Both the position numbers and the translations under genes were made by a program. Below are positions 20,359 through 29,094 of a stretch of 64,000 nucleotides of DNA, piece by piece. Source of the stretch: Nitrospinae bacterium CG11_big_fil_rev_8_21_14_0_20_45_15 (GTDB lineage Bacteria; Nitrospinota; Nitrospinia; Nitrospinales; VA-1). The stretch spans positions 11,713 through 75,712 of the forward strand of contig PCWG01000041.1 in the NCBI GenBank assembly GCA_002787235.1, in the 5' to 3' direction. The first letter of the stretch is position 1; every line of letters begins with the position of its first letter. A model generated the notes under the pieces. The model was not told the DNA's origin. It did no database searches and worked only from the letters and a program-made list of their open reading frames with translations.

Positions 20359-21792
20359 TTATTTTTCAATGACTTCTATTTTGATTTTTCCGATGAATTC
20401 CATCAGCCGGAGTGGAGCGGTCTGTTCTTCTTCTAACAATTTGATATGTGAGGCGTCTACGTGATTTTGTCCGAGTGTGGGGTCGAGTGCACGCCACTCT
20501 CCTGCATAGACTTCTGGCCAGGCATGGTAGAGAAAGCCTTCGTCTTTTTCTGAATAAAGGAGACCGTTGACAATTTTTGTGGGGATGCCAACAGAGCGTG
20601 CTATGGCGGCGAACAGGTAGGTGTGGGATTGGCATTCGCCGCGCCGATTCCGCAAGGCATCGAGGGCAGTGGTGGAATCGACCAGTGTTTTTTCCAAATT
20701 GCTGTTCACCCAGAGGTTGATGTCTTTTGCGGCTTGCCAGGCGTCTTCATTTTTTTTTACCAGTTCCCGGCCGAGAGCGCGGATCATGGCGTGACGGGAC
20801 TGGACTTGAGCTGTGTCTTCGAGATAGTTTGAAAATGTTGGGTTGCTGATCGGCAACCTGATTTTTTTTGCGGGATTTCCAGATTCTGAATCCACCTGCA
20901 CGATCGTGCTGTAGGTGCCGTCTTCTGCTTGTTGCGATCGGACAATCTTTTGTCGATGATCTTCTGGAATCAGATCGGGGCCGCTCAACTGAAAAAATTG
21001 AAAGGACTGACTTTTTAATTCGCGGGGATTCTTAATGGGATGCTGGGTCTTGATCAGGCTGAAGGTGATGAAACTGCCGACCGAAAAAATTTCATTGCCG
21101 AGGTCTGTGGCTTTTTCTTCGGGTTCCCATAGGGATACAAAGCCGTTTTGAGTGGTTTCTTTCAGTATTTTCCCGTCGGGCTCAATCCAGGTGCTGCTTT
21201 CGGCACCGGATAGTTTCTGATCGATCACAAAAGCCTCTCTCAGTTCCCCTTGAATTTCTAATTGTTCTTTGCGTTGTACAACGTATTTCAAAGGATTCAA
21301 TATTTGGAAAGACTCCGTCATCATGGACAATTCCCCTTTGCGACCGACCACTAATCCGTCGTGTACGATTTTTTCGATGTAGTTGGCGGAGACAAAAAAT
21401 TCTGGATCGAATAATAATGAACGTTCACGATCAAAACCTTCGCCCTGGACTCGGTAGACGAAGCGGTCACCCTTAACCTGGCCCTGGATGCGCTGGCGGC
21501 TTCCCATGAGTTCTTGAAGCAGGGAAAAGTCGATCAATTTTCCTTTCGTGTCCAGATGAGTGGTTTGTGTGAAGGTGGTGGACTGGTCGAAGCCTTCCGA
21601 ACTCATCCTGAGGAAAGTTTTAGAGGTAACGGTTTTTCCTGAGCTGTCTGAAGTGCTTTGGGTGTGGGTGAATCCGATTTTTTTGTTGTTGAAATAAATT
21701 CCCATCCAATGATCTTCGGCCCATGCAGAGGTTGTGGGGAACAGGTAGAGGGTGCATAAGAAAAGAAATTGTAGACAATTAGACGGCCGCAA
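20359..21792 (-). CDS. Secreted transglutaminase-like (Cys-His-Asp) domain protein
   Basis: Signal-peptide-like N-terminus (TTSAWAE). C-terminal core RRGECQSHTYLFAAIARSVGIPTKIVNGL...YHAWPEVY...DP. TTG start. Confidence 0.65.
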   Translation of the reverse strand: MRPSNCLQFLFLCTLYLFPTTSAWAEDHWMGIYFNNKKIGFTHTQSTSDSSGKTVTSKTFLRMSSEGFDQSTTFTQTTHLDTKGKLIDFSLLQELMGSRQRIQGQVKGDRFVYRVQGEGFDRERSLLFDPEFFVSANYIEKIVHDGLVVGRKGELSMMTESFQILNPLKYVVQRKEQLEIQGELREAFVIDQKLSGAESSTWIEPDGKILKETTQNGFVSLWEPEEKATDLGNEIFSVGSFITFSLIKTQHPIKNPRELKSQSFQFFQLSGPDLIPEDHRQKIVRSQQAEDGTYSTIVQVDSESGNPAKKIRLPISNPTFSNYLEDTAQVQSRHAMIRALGRELVKKNEDAWQAAKDINLWVNSNLEKTLVDSTTALDALRNRRGECQSHTYLFAAIARSVGIPTKIVNGLLYSEKDEGFLYHAWPEVYAGEWRALDPTLGQNHVDASHIKLLEEEQTAPLRLMEFIGKIKIEVIEK

Positions 21793-21931
21793 ATCAATAC
21801 TCCTTGATGATATTTGTATCCAACGGGATACAAGGTCTGAAATACCCGTTAGGAAAGTTCTCTTATATCTCTATAATAATATAGCGTGAATCGTTTTCAG
21901 GGTGAATCATAAATTCGGAGAAGTGACCTTC

Positions 21932-22375
21932 ATGAACAGATTACCGATGAAAATTCTTTTTCTCTGCACAGGCAATTCCTGCCGAAGCCAAATGGCCGAG
22001 GGATGGGCGCGTCATTTGCGTGCTGAAACCCTGCAAGCGTATTCGGCAGGATTGACGGCGAAGGGACTCCATCCCCTGGCGGTTCAAGTCATGCGCGAGG
22101 CGGGGGTCGATATTACAGGGCAGAAGTCGCAAACGGTTGACGATTTGCAGGGTATCGCTTTCGATGTGGTGGTCACGGTTTGCGGACATGCCAACGAACA
22201 TTGTCCGTATTTTCCGGGAACGACTCGAATTGTTCATAGAGGATTTGATGATCCGCCGCAGTTGGCTAAAACTGCGAAAACAGATGAGGAAGCATTGTCT
22301 CATTTCCGGCGTGTGCGTGATGAGATTCGTTCATTTGTTGAAACCTTACCTGAAGCTCTGGAGGATTTATCGTGA
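21932..22375 (+). CDS. arsC: Arsenate reductase, thioredoxin-coupled LMW-PTP type (or a related low-molecular-weight phosphatase)
   Basis: P-loop LFLCTGNSCRSQMAEGW and a Cys pair CGHANEHC with the C-x6-C spacing of pI258-type ArsC. I prefer ATG 21932. Confidence 0.7.
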   Translation: MNRLPMKILFLCTGNSCRSQMAEGWARHLRAETLQAYSAGLTAKGLHPLAVQVMREAGVDITGQKSQTVDDLQGIAFDVVVTVCGHANEHCPYFPGTTRIVHRGFDDPPQLAKTAKTDEEALSHFRRVRDEIRSFVETLPEALEDLS

Positions 22376-23472
22376 ATGTTCGAGTCAGGGTCTTGATTTT
22401 GTTGATAATATTTACACTCGTTGCTGTTTCTGCGCAGGGAGAGGTTGCGCAAAAGGGCAAGGAGGCTTTTCGTGTCGCTATCGTTGGGGATACGGGGATT
22501 GGTGAACGTGCCTATCGGCCCGGATTTTTAGCGGTTCAGAAAGCATTGCGCGAAAGCACTCCCGACTTATTGCTTCATTTGGGAGATTTTGTGTATCAGC
22601 CGGAATTTTTCCCTTCTGCGTGCAACCCCAAATACATTCGCGAAGTGAAGGAAACTCTGGTCGATCCTTTCCCGGCTCGATTGTTTGTTGCGGGGGATAA
22701 TGATTTTCCTCCGATCAAATGGAAACCCAAGGCTTCGGGTTGCTGGGAGGGGATAGCACCCATGGGCACCGCATTCGACGCATCTTCTGCACCGGCACCC
22801 GTAGCGAAACCGCGTAAACTGGAAGGGACTTTGACTTTTGGGCCGGTTCTGTTTGCGGTCGTTAATAATTATCCCTGGAAGGACCCTCGAAGCTGGCTGG
22901 AGCCACGCATTCGCCGTGCCCGTGAACAGGGCAAATGGATTGTGCTGGCTTATCACGAGCCTGCGGTCACAACGGCGTGGTTTGTCGATAAGCGCAAGAC
23001 GGCCTTGAAAGAGATTCAGGATTTGAAACCGGATCTGACCTTTTCCGGCAATCAGCATTCTTACGAGCGATTTTATCCTTTGACAGGGCCGCAAGAGGAT
23101 GGAAGTTTTTCTGTTGTTAAAGAAAATACTTACAGGCAAGGGCAGGGCACAACGCATATTGTTTCCGGTGGCGGGGGAGCTTTTCTCAAACCCTTTGCCG
23201 ATATGCAAAAAAATGCGGAGCGCAGCGCACCTGCCGAGATTTTTGATGCGCTCGCCAAACGTGCCTTGATGAATCATTTTGTGATTCTTGATATCACGCC
23301 AGAAAAGATTGTCGGCACAACGTATCGGGTGTGTCCCGGCAACTCAACGGGAGAAGCAAATCCGCGCTGGCGGCCGCAGAAAAAGTTTTGGCAAGACATT
23401 CGACTGGAATGTGACGGAAAAGCTCAGGGTGTCGAATCTTTTGATCGCTTCGAAATCGTAAGAGAGGATTGA
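22372..23472 (+). CDS. Secreted calcineurin-like metallophosphoesterase
   Basis: The GTG start overlaps the arsC stop. Signal peptide, then VGDTGIG, HLGDFVY, GDND, YHEP and GNQHSYERF motifs. Confidence 0.7.
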   Translation: MNVRVRVLILLIIFTLVAVSAQGEVAQKGKEAFRVAIVGDTGIGERAYRPGFLAVQKALRESTPDLLLHLGDFVYQPEFFPSACNPKYIREVKETLVDPFPARLFVAGDNDFPPIKWKPKASGCWEGIAPMGTAFDASSAPAPVAKPRKLEGTLTFGPVLFAVVNNYPWKDPRSWLEPRIRRAREQGKWIVLAYHEPAVTTAWFVDKRKTALKEIQDLKPDLTFSGNQHSYERFYPLTGPQEDGSFSVVKENTYRQGQGTTHIVSGGGGAFLKPFADMQKNAERSAPAEIFDALAKRALMNHFVILDITPEKIVGTTYRVCPGNSTGEANPRWRPQKKFWQDIRLECDGKAQGVESFDRFEIVRED

Positions 23473-23544
23473 TTTTTCCAAAACCTGGAATCAACCATCG
23501 GCTAGTCGCCTCTGGAGTGAGCAGGCGGTTTTAGCCGCAACACA

Positions 23545-24324
23545 TCAGCGTAACCCTTTGCTCGAATCGATTTTCTGGAAACCGACGGGGATTTGTGGCG
23601 GTTTGGGCAAGCCGACGGCACTCAGATATTCGTCAAAAGCGGGATCGTTGTATATCTCGTTCGGAATCGGATAACTTTCCCGGTTGCGCATGAAAGACTC
23701 ACGACCGTCTTCTTCCTGCCCGTCGGACAATCCATACTCTTTTTTGTATTCTGGAGGGATGTCCACCTTGTTTTCAAGCAGGTAATTGGTGATCGCCGGT
23801 TCCATAAAAACATGGGAAGGAAGTTTCGCCAGAGGATGCGTGGGAAGAATCTCCCGGGCGCGTTTGGGCGGCTCCGGTCGTTTGAATTTTCCACGCGGGC
23901 GGGCAGGGATTTCCGGACGGATTTTCTCAGGTTGAGATGGCGTCATCACTGCCTTGGGCACCGCATTCGCGACAGGTGCCGCAGGAATGTAGTCTCCCAG
24001 CCCGACGATGCGGATGGTGCTACCGGAAATTTTTTCATTCCACATTTCCAATTTTGAAAAATCTTTCAGCAGTTCACTGACCAGTGTTTTCCAGTCCGGA
24101 GCTTGCAGATTTGCAGTGATCGGGGTGGCAGACAATTCGTCGCGTGTATAAAAGGAAATGCCGCTTTTAGCACTGATGGATTGCAGAACGGCGGCAAGAG
24201 GCTGGTTCGCCGATTTAAAATGAATACCGTCCGGTTGTTGGGTCAGCTCGAAATCACTCGCCCACAAAGGCGGCGCAAGCACGAACCCGATAACACAAAG
24301 AGACAATAAAATTTTGAGCTTCAT
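23545..24324 (-). CDS. Hypothetical secreted protein
   Basis: Signal peptide MKLKILLSLCVIGFVLAPPLWAS and a Pro-rich middle region. I recognise no family. Confidence 0.45.
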   Translation of the reverse strand: MKLKILLSLCVIGFVLAPPLWASDFELTQQPDGIHFKSANQPLAAVLQSISAKSGISFYTRDELSATPITANLQAPDWKTLVSELLKDFSKLEMWNEKISGSTIRIVGLGDYIPAAPVANAVPKAVMTPSQPEKIRPEIPARPRGKFKRPEPPKRAREILPTHPLAKLPSHVFMEPAITNYLLENKVDIPPEYKKEYGLSDGQEEDGRESFMRNRESYPIPNEIYNDPAFDEYLSAVGLPKPPQIPVGFQKIDSSKGLR

Positions 24325-24356
24325 TGCAGAACACCTGACACATTAAAAAACGGATA

Positions 24357-24393
24357 GAAAAAAACCGGGAGAGGAGAACATTCCCCCACCCGG
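24357..24393 (-). terminator. Rho-independent terminator after the collagen-like gene
   Basis: Minus strand: ccgggtggggga-atgttc-tcctctcccgg (imperfect stem) followed by T8. Confidence 0.6.
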
Positions 24394-24423
24394 CTATGAT
24401 TTCATGAGACTTGACCGCTTTCA

Positions 24424-25497
24424 CTACGGAATAGTGTCGTAAATACCGTAAGTACTAAGGAAATACCCGCCGGTGACGGTACTGCAATTATCTCTGGCAA
24501 GATTGCGAAATCCGCCGGTGACGCTACTGTAGTTAGCCGAAGCAGTATTGTAATTTCCGCCGCTGACGCTACTGCTATAAGCCGAAGCAGTATTGCCCAT
24601 CCCGCCGAGGATGCTACTGTATGAACCTGTGGCAGTATTGCCACCTCCGCCATTGATGGCACTTCCGATAACGTAGGCAGTATTGCTAAACCCGCCGGTG
24701 ACGCTACTGGATTGACCTGAGGCATTATTGCGAAACCCGCCGCTGACGCTACTGTATTGACCTGAGGCATTATTGCGAAACCCGCCGCTGACGCTACCGT
24801 CAGAACCCCAAGCAAAATTTCCATTTCCGCCGCTGATGCTGGAGTAAAGTCCTGATGCCTGATTGAATCTTCCACCAGTGACCGAAGCATAAGCATTGCT
24901 GGATTCATTGTCCAAGCCGGCGACAATGGCTCCGTAGCTGGAATAATTGGCACCTCTTCCGACGATCAGGTTATGCGAGCCAGTCTTGTTGCTAGTCAAA
25001 TAACTACTGACCTCGTTGTAACCGACGATCAGGTTGCCCAGTCCGTTGACGGCACCATCTGTATCACCGGAACCATTTACTATCTGCATGTTCATACCCG
25101 TGAACCTGAGATCGTCTCCCGTTCTCGTGACACCGCTGAAACGGGTTTGCAGTTCAGAGATATCCGCATTTACCTGAGTGAGATCGGAACTTCCGTCCGC
25201 ACCCGCAGGACCCTGTGGACCTACAGGACCGGCAGGGCCTTGTGGACCCTGTGGGCCTGGGGTCAATTGTATGTTGTTGATCTGCGCTTGCAAATCCTGA
25301 ATCTGTTGTTGCAGTTGTTCCACTAAATGGCGCAACCCCTTATCGCCGTCGTGATCATCGTCATGACGACCTTCGCTCCTAGATTGGTTTTCATTAGATT
25401 TCGATTTTTCATTACCCGAATCCTTGGCGGCTAAAACAGGCGATGCCGACCACAGGAGACCTGCAATAAGCAATGACATGAACGATAGCGATTTCAT
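24424..25497 (-). CDS. Secreted collagen-like / 14-residue-repeat fibre protein (YadA-head/Hep_Hag-like repeats), with no membrane anchor seen
   Basis: Signal peptide, coiled-coil LVEQLQQQIQDLQAQINNIQ, and seven G-X-Y triplets GPQGPQGPAGPVGPQGPAGADG. These are followed by about 10 repeats of the type SSVSGGFRNNASGQY. Confidence 0.6.
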   Translation of the reverse strand: MKSLSFMSLLIAGLLWSASPVLAAKDSGNEKSKSNENQSRSEGRHDDDHDGDKGLRHLVEQLQQQIQDLQAQINNIQLTPGPQGPQGPAGPVGPQGPAGADGSSDLTQVNADISELQTRFSGVTRTGDDLRFTGMNMQIVNGSGDTDGAVNGLGNLIVGYNEVSSYLTSNKTGSHNLIVGRGANYSSYGAIVAGLDNESSNAYASVTGGRFNQASGLYSSISGGNGNFAWGSDGSVSGGFRNNASGQYSSVSGGFRNNASGQSSSVTGGFSNTAYVIGSAINGGGGNTATGSYSSILGGMGNTASAYSSSVSGGNYNTASANYSSVTGGFRNLARDNCSTVTGGYFLSTYGIYDTIP

Positions 25498-25834
25498 GAG
25501 TGCGTCCTTTTCGGTTGTGTTTTAAATACTAGACTATTAAAACTAATTCAATTGGCTACAAAATATTTCATCCCCAATACAACAAAAACTTAGGTAAGTG
25601 TAAAGCTAGTAAAACTATCATTCAAGTCAAAAAAAGCAACCAAAACTCTAGACGCTCCGTCCTATTTGACACTGAAAATCTGTTATCAACAGAATAGTAA
25701 AACAAACCAAAGGTTGGTGGGGGAGGGGTCAAACCTGGAATATTGCAAGCAAACTGGTAAAAAACGCTTATGGACACAAAGCTCAGTCACTATCAGCTTA
25801 TAATGGCGCGGGGGAGTGGCTTTGGAGCTGTCAA

Positions 25835-26452
25835 TCAGTTGGGGAGATCTTTCGGGGAATCTAAAATCAAAGCCGGGAGCAAAGTTTCCCACTCCTCGTA
25901 ATAAGGATGTATTTCATACTCTAAAAGGTCGGCTAAAAGAACCCAGTCCTTGTTTTTATTCGCGTCCACCATTTGCAGGGTCAGGTTAGTCAACTGATCG
26001 TGGCGTTCTTTCATCGTTTTACCATCGATACTCAGTTCATCCAGACTAAAACCCTGCACGGTCACAACCACCTGCAGGACTTGCGAGAACCAGTCAATGC
26101 CGTCAATGATCTGCACGAAAAATTTATTGGCCTCAATCTCGTTTTCATTACGAAACAACTCCGATGCCTTTTCGATACCCGGCAGAAGACGCTGCAAATA
26201 GTTCTGCGCATTGGTAACATTCTTCACCAATGAATCGTTCAGCAGGTTGACATTCGCTTCAAGGGTCTCAATTTCTGTAACAGGAAGGGCATTGATGTCA
26301 TCTGCATTTGCGGAAACCTCTTTGCCATCAATAAGAAGGCGCGATATAAAATATTTAGAACCATCGACATCTTGTAAAATAGCGTCCAGAATATCTCTGA
26401 CCTGGTTCCCTGCGATAGCGGGTCTTTCTTTTCCGTTGACGATTATTTTCAT
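25835..26452 (-). CDS. Hypothetical protein, divergent from the flagellin gene
   Basis: 205-aa ORF with a small beta-grasp-like N-terminus (MKIIVNGKE...) and a helical C-terminal part. I recognise no family. Confidence 0.4.
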   Translation of the reverse strand: MKIIVNGKERPAIAGNQVRDILDAILQDVDGSKYFISRLLIDGKEVSANADDINALPVTEIETLEANVNLLNDSLVKNVTNAQNYLQRLLPGIEKASELFRNENEIEANKFFVQIIDGIDWFSQVLQVVVTVQGFSLDELSIDGKTMKERHDQLTNLTLQMVDANKNKDWVLLADLLEYEIHPYYEEWETLLPALILDSPKDLPN

Positions 26453-26566
26453 GAACTTGGAGAGGTTTAAAATTAAAATGAGGTGGGAATGATTTAATTC
26501 ACGTTTTAAAAATTTTTGGAAATTGCGTTAGAAACTTGCAAAAGACCAGACTGCTTAAGTATTCTA

Positions 26567-26597
26567 TAAAGAGTCCCCTTTTTTTTCAACCGATAAT
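26567..26597 (+). promoter_or_regulatory. Possible sigma-28 (FliA)-type promoter for the flagellin gene
   Basis: TAAA...aCCGATAAt. The -10 element CCGATAA is a good match about 40 nt upstream of the ATG. The TAAA-to-CCGATAA distance is 19 nt against 16 expected, so the -35 assignment is doubtful. Confidence 0.3.
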
Positions 26598-26635
26598 AAC
26601 AGGCAAGCAGTTTTCTGTTGTTGGGAGAATTTAAA

Positions 26636-27487
26636 ATGGCTGTATCGAGTCCCTTTGGAAATGTGAACAACATCCTGAATTCCATTCAGAACAATCGCAC
26701 TGGCATACGCGATACGCTGGATCGAATCAGCTCTGGACGACGCCTGAACCGCGCCGGAACCGATCCCGCCAGCAGTGCCCTGTCGCAACAATTGAAATCT
26801 GAAATCCGCTCTTTGACTCAGGCGGTACAAAATGCTGAGACCGGCGGAAACTTTGTACGAACGGTTGACAGTAGTCTTGAAAGCATTGGCGAATTGCTGG
26901 CACGTGGGCGCGAATTGGCCAGCCAGTCTGCCAATGGAACTCTCAACGATACGCAACGTCAGACGATCGATCAGGAATTTCAACAAATTCGCAAAGAGAT
27001 CGACCGTACTTCTCAAACCGCGAATTTCAACGGCCAGAAATTTCTCGACGGCTCGCTGAGCTCGGGAGCTTCCCGTCCCGTGAACATTCAAGTGGGTTCG
27101 GGAAGTGGACCCGAAAATCAAATCAACCTGAATGTCGTGGACGAGGTATCGAGCCAGGGGCTGGGCATTGACAACACGGATCTTTCCACTTCGGCGGGTG
27201 CTTTGCAGGCCATCGACACGCTCGATCAGGCCATTGGTACGGTGACTTCAAGCCGGGGACAGGTGGGCGCGGTTTCCAACCGGCTTTCAAGCGCAACGCG
27301 AGGTCTGGAATCGACGGTCCAAAATCTGACGGAAGCCGAATCGAATTTGGGCGATGCCGATATTGCGAAAGAAATCAGCAATCTGAAACAAAGTCTGACA
27401 CAGTTTGAAGCCTCCATCCGCACGCTCGGCATCCAGAACCAGATCAACGAACGCAGTTCGGGCGGCTTGCTCAATCGCATCGCTTGA
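26636..27487 (+). CDS. Flagellin-family protein (short, D0/D1 only; FliC/FlgL family)
   Basis: ATG 8 nt after GGGAGA. The N-terminal helical region ISSGRRLNRAGTDPASSALSQQL...ELASQSANGTLNDTQRQTIDQEFQQI fits the family. So does the C-terminal AVSNRLSSA...LTEAESNLGDADIAKEISNL. Confidence 0.75.
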   Translation: MAVSSPFGNVNNILNSIQNNRTGIRDTLDRISSGRRLNRAGTDPASSALSQQLKSEIRSLTQAVQNAETGGNFVRTVDSSLESIGELLARGRELASQSANGTLNDTQRQTIDQEFQQIRKEIDRTSQTANFNGQKFLDGSLSSGASRPVNIQVGSGSGPENQINLNVVDEVSSQGLGIDNTDLSTSAGALQAIDTLDQAIGTVTSSRGQVGAVSNRLSSATRGLESTVQNLTEAESNLGDADIAKEISNLKQSLTQFEASIRTLGIQNQINERSSGGLLNRIA

Positions 27488-27688
27488 ACCTTGCGCGTAG
27501 GGGATCGTTTGAAAAATCAAACGCAGCGATTCTCAGAATGACAAGAATAGAACGACTCGTGGGAAACACGCCCGTCATCGCCAGCGACTGAAAGGAGCGT
27601 GGCGATCCATTCTCCTTAGTATCTTCCTCATTTCTTTCCCGATCAAAACGAAATACTCAAATGGATTGCCGCGTCGGCTTACAGCCTC

Positions 27689-27737
27689 CTCGCACAATGC
27701 AGAGGTGTGCAATGGGCACACCTCTGCATTGTGCGAG
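27689..27737. repeat. Perfect 22-bp inverted repeat (hairpin, 5-nt loop) between convergent genes
   Basis: ctcgcacaatgcagaggtgtgc-aatgg-gcacacctctgcattgtgcgag. No flanking T run. Confidence 0.9.
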
Positions 27738-27826
27738 CGATCGGTCAGAGATCTTTCTCTTCGTTCCGGATGACATTCGAGGGGGGGGGTAGATGCAATA
27801 GCTCAGAAAAAAATCAGGAAGCTTTG

Positions 27827-28267
27827 TTACTCGCCTTCGGCTGGAGTTTTTTCCTTGCTCGCGTCCAGTTCGACTCTCATTTTTTTAATGAGTGCCACTT
27901 CTTTGAGCAGTTCTCTTTGGAAGGAAATCATATCCAGATTGATCCTGTTTTGCATGCTTGCCAATGTGGAATCCATATTTTCCAACTGCGCTTGCTGGAC
28001 GGTGCGGCTGAAGAAAATAAAACCCACGAGGAGAACAGTCAATCCAGTATAGAGGATAATTCGCAAGGTGATGTTTTCTGTTTTTCGGATATGCAGGGTT
28101 TTTTTGATGGTTTCAATATCACGCGCAAGGTTTTCTACTTTTGCGTTCAGGCTTTCGATGCGGGGGTCGGAACTTCCTGTGTCATTGTTATCCATGGGCT
28201 CTGCATGCTCCTCTATAAATTTCACTGCTTTGTTCTGCATTTTAGACCTGCATAAAAAAAATTCCAA
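27827..28267 (-). CDS. Hypothetical single-pass membrane protein with coiled-coil segments
   Basis: One TM segment (ITLRIILYTGLTVLLVGFIFF) flanked by heptad-like helices. It lies 29 nt downstream of pilD on the same strand. The likely start is ATG 28240 rather than TTG 28267. Confidence 0.45.
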   Translation of the reverse strand: MEFFLCRSKMQNKAVKFIEEHAEPMDNNDTGSSDPRIESLNAKVENLARDIETIKKTLHIRKTENITLRIILYTGLTVLLVGFIFFSRTVQQAQLENMDSTLASMQNRINLDMISFQRELLKEVALIKKMRVELDASKEKTPAEGE

Positions 28268-28296
28268 CCGAAATTCGTTGCATCGCTTTGAGCCTT

Positions 28297-29094
28297 TTAC
28301 ATCATGGATCGTAAATAAAGGAAAATCAATTCATCTCCCCAAAAAAACGCCACCAGGGTTCCTGCGGCCAAAAAGGGTCCGAAAGGTATTTGACTCATGC
28401 CATTCAAACGCTGATCGAGCATGCCGACGAGACCAACAATCGATCCCAAAAACGCGGCAATAAAAATAACCAGAAAAGTTTTTTGCCATCCCAGCAACGC
28501 TCCGGCTCCGGCGATGTATTTTACATCGCCCATGCCCATGCCGATCTCTCCACGCAATCTGTAATAAACTTCGCCGATGAAAAGGAACAATCCGGCTCCG
28601 CTGATAAATCCTATAACGGAGGGCCAGAGGCCTTCCAGATAAATTCCCCCCGCCAGTCCGAAAAGCATCCCCGGCAGGGTGATGAGGTTGGGAATGATTC
28701 GATGTTCGATATCAATCGCGGTGATGATGACGAGCGCGGGACCCAGAATGAAGAAGATGGCAAACTTCCAACTCCAGCCAAACTGGAAAAATCCTGCGGT
28801 CAACAATACAGCGGTGATCAACTCAATGAAGGGATAAATCCAGGAAATCCCGGCCTTACAATGTCGGCATTTCCCGCCCAAAATGAGGTAACTCAGAATG
28901 GGGATGTTATCGAACAAACGGATCGGGGTCTGGCACGAGGTACAATGGGAACCGGGAAAAACAACCGATTTTTCCTGTGGCATTCGGTAGATGCACACGT
29001 TTGCAAAACTGCCCACGAGCAGTCCAAATGTGAAAACGACCAGGCCCTGAAAGGGAAGGGGGGCATTGCTCAATTGTTGCAGGGAATCAATCAT
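28297..29094 (-). CDS. pilD: Prepilin peptidase / N-methyltransferase (A24 family)
   Basis: GLLVGSFANVCIYRMP, Cys pairs CTSC...CRHC, and the Asp motifs of A24 peptidases (GMGDVKY, ITAIDIEHRIIPN). Confidence 0.88.
   Translation of the reverse strand: MIDSLQQLSNAPLPFQGLVVFTFGLLVGSFANVCIYRMPQEKSVVFPGSHCTSCQTPIRLFDNIPILSYLILGGKCRHCKAGISWIYPFIELITAVLLTAGFFQFGWSWKFAIFFILGPALVIITAIDIEHRIIPNLITLPGMLFGLAGGIYLEGLWPSVIGFISGAGLFLFIGEVYYRLRGEIGMGMGDVKYIAGAGALLGWQKTFLVIFIAAFLGSIVGLVGMLDQRLNGMSQIPFGPFLAAGTLVAFFWGDELIFLYLRSMM

Noticed and set aside
22567-23277. 236-aa minus-strand ORF
   Set aside because: It is antisense to the metallophosphoesterase gene, which carries the full motif set.
24402-24953. 183-aa minus-strand ORF in another frame of the collagen-like gene
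   Set aside because: The repetitive DNA stays open in a second frame. Only the 24424-25497 frame has a signal peptide, the G-X-Y triplets and a continuous ORF.
27538-27591. 17-codon mini-ORF MTRIERLVGNTPVIASD, resembling the N-terminus of cysteine synthase-type PLP enzymes (..GNTPL/V..)
   Set aside because: It is too short to support as a gene remnant. Part of the match is encoded by the adjacent palindromic element, and no downstream homology continues in any frame.
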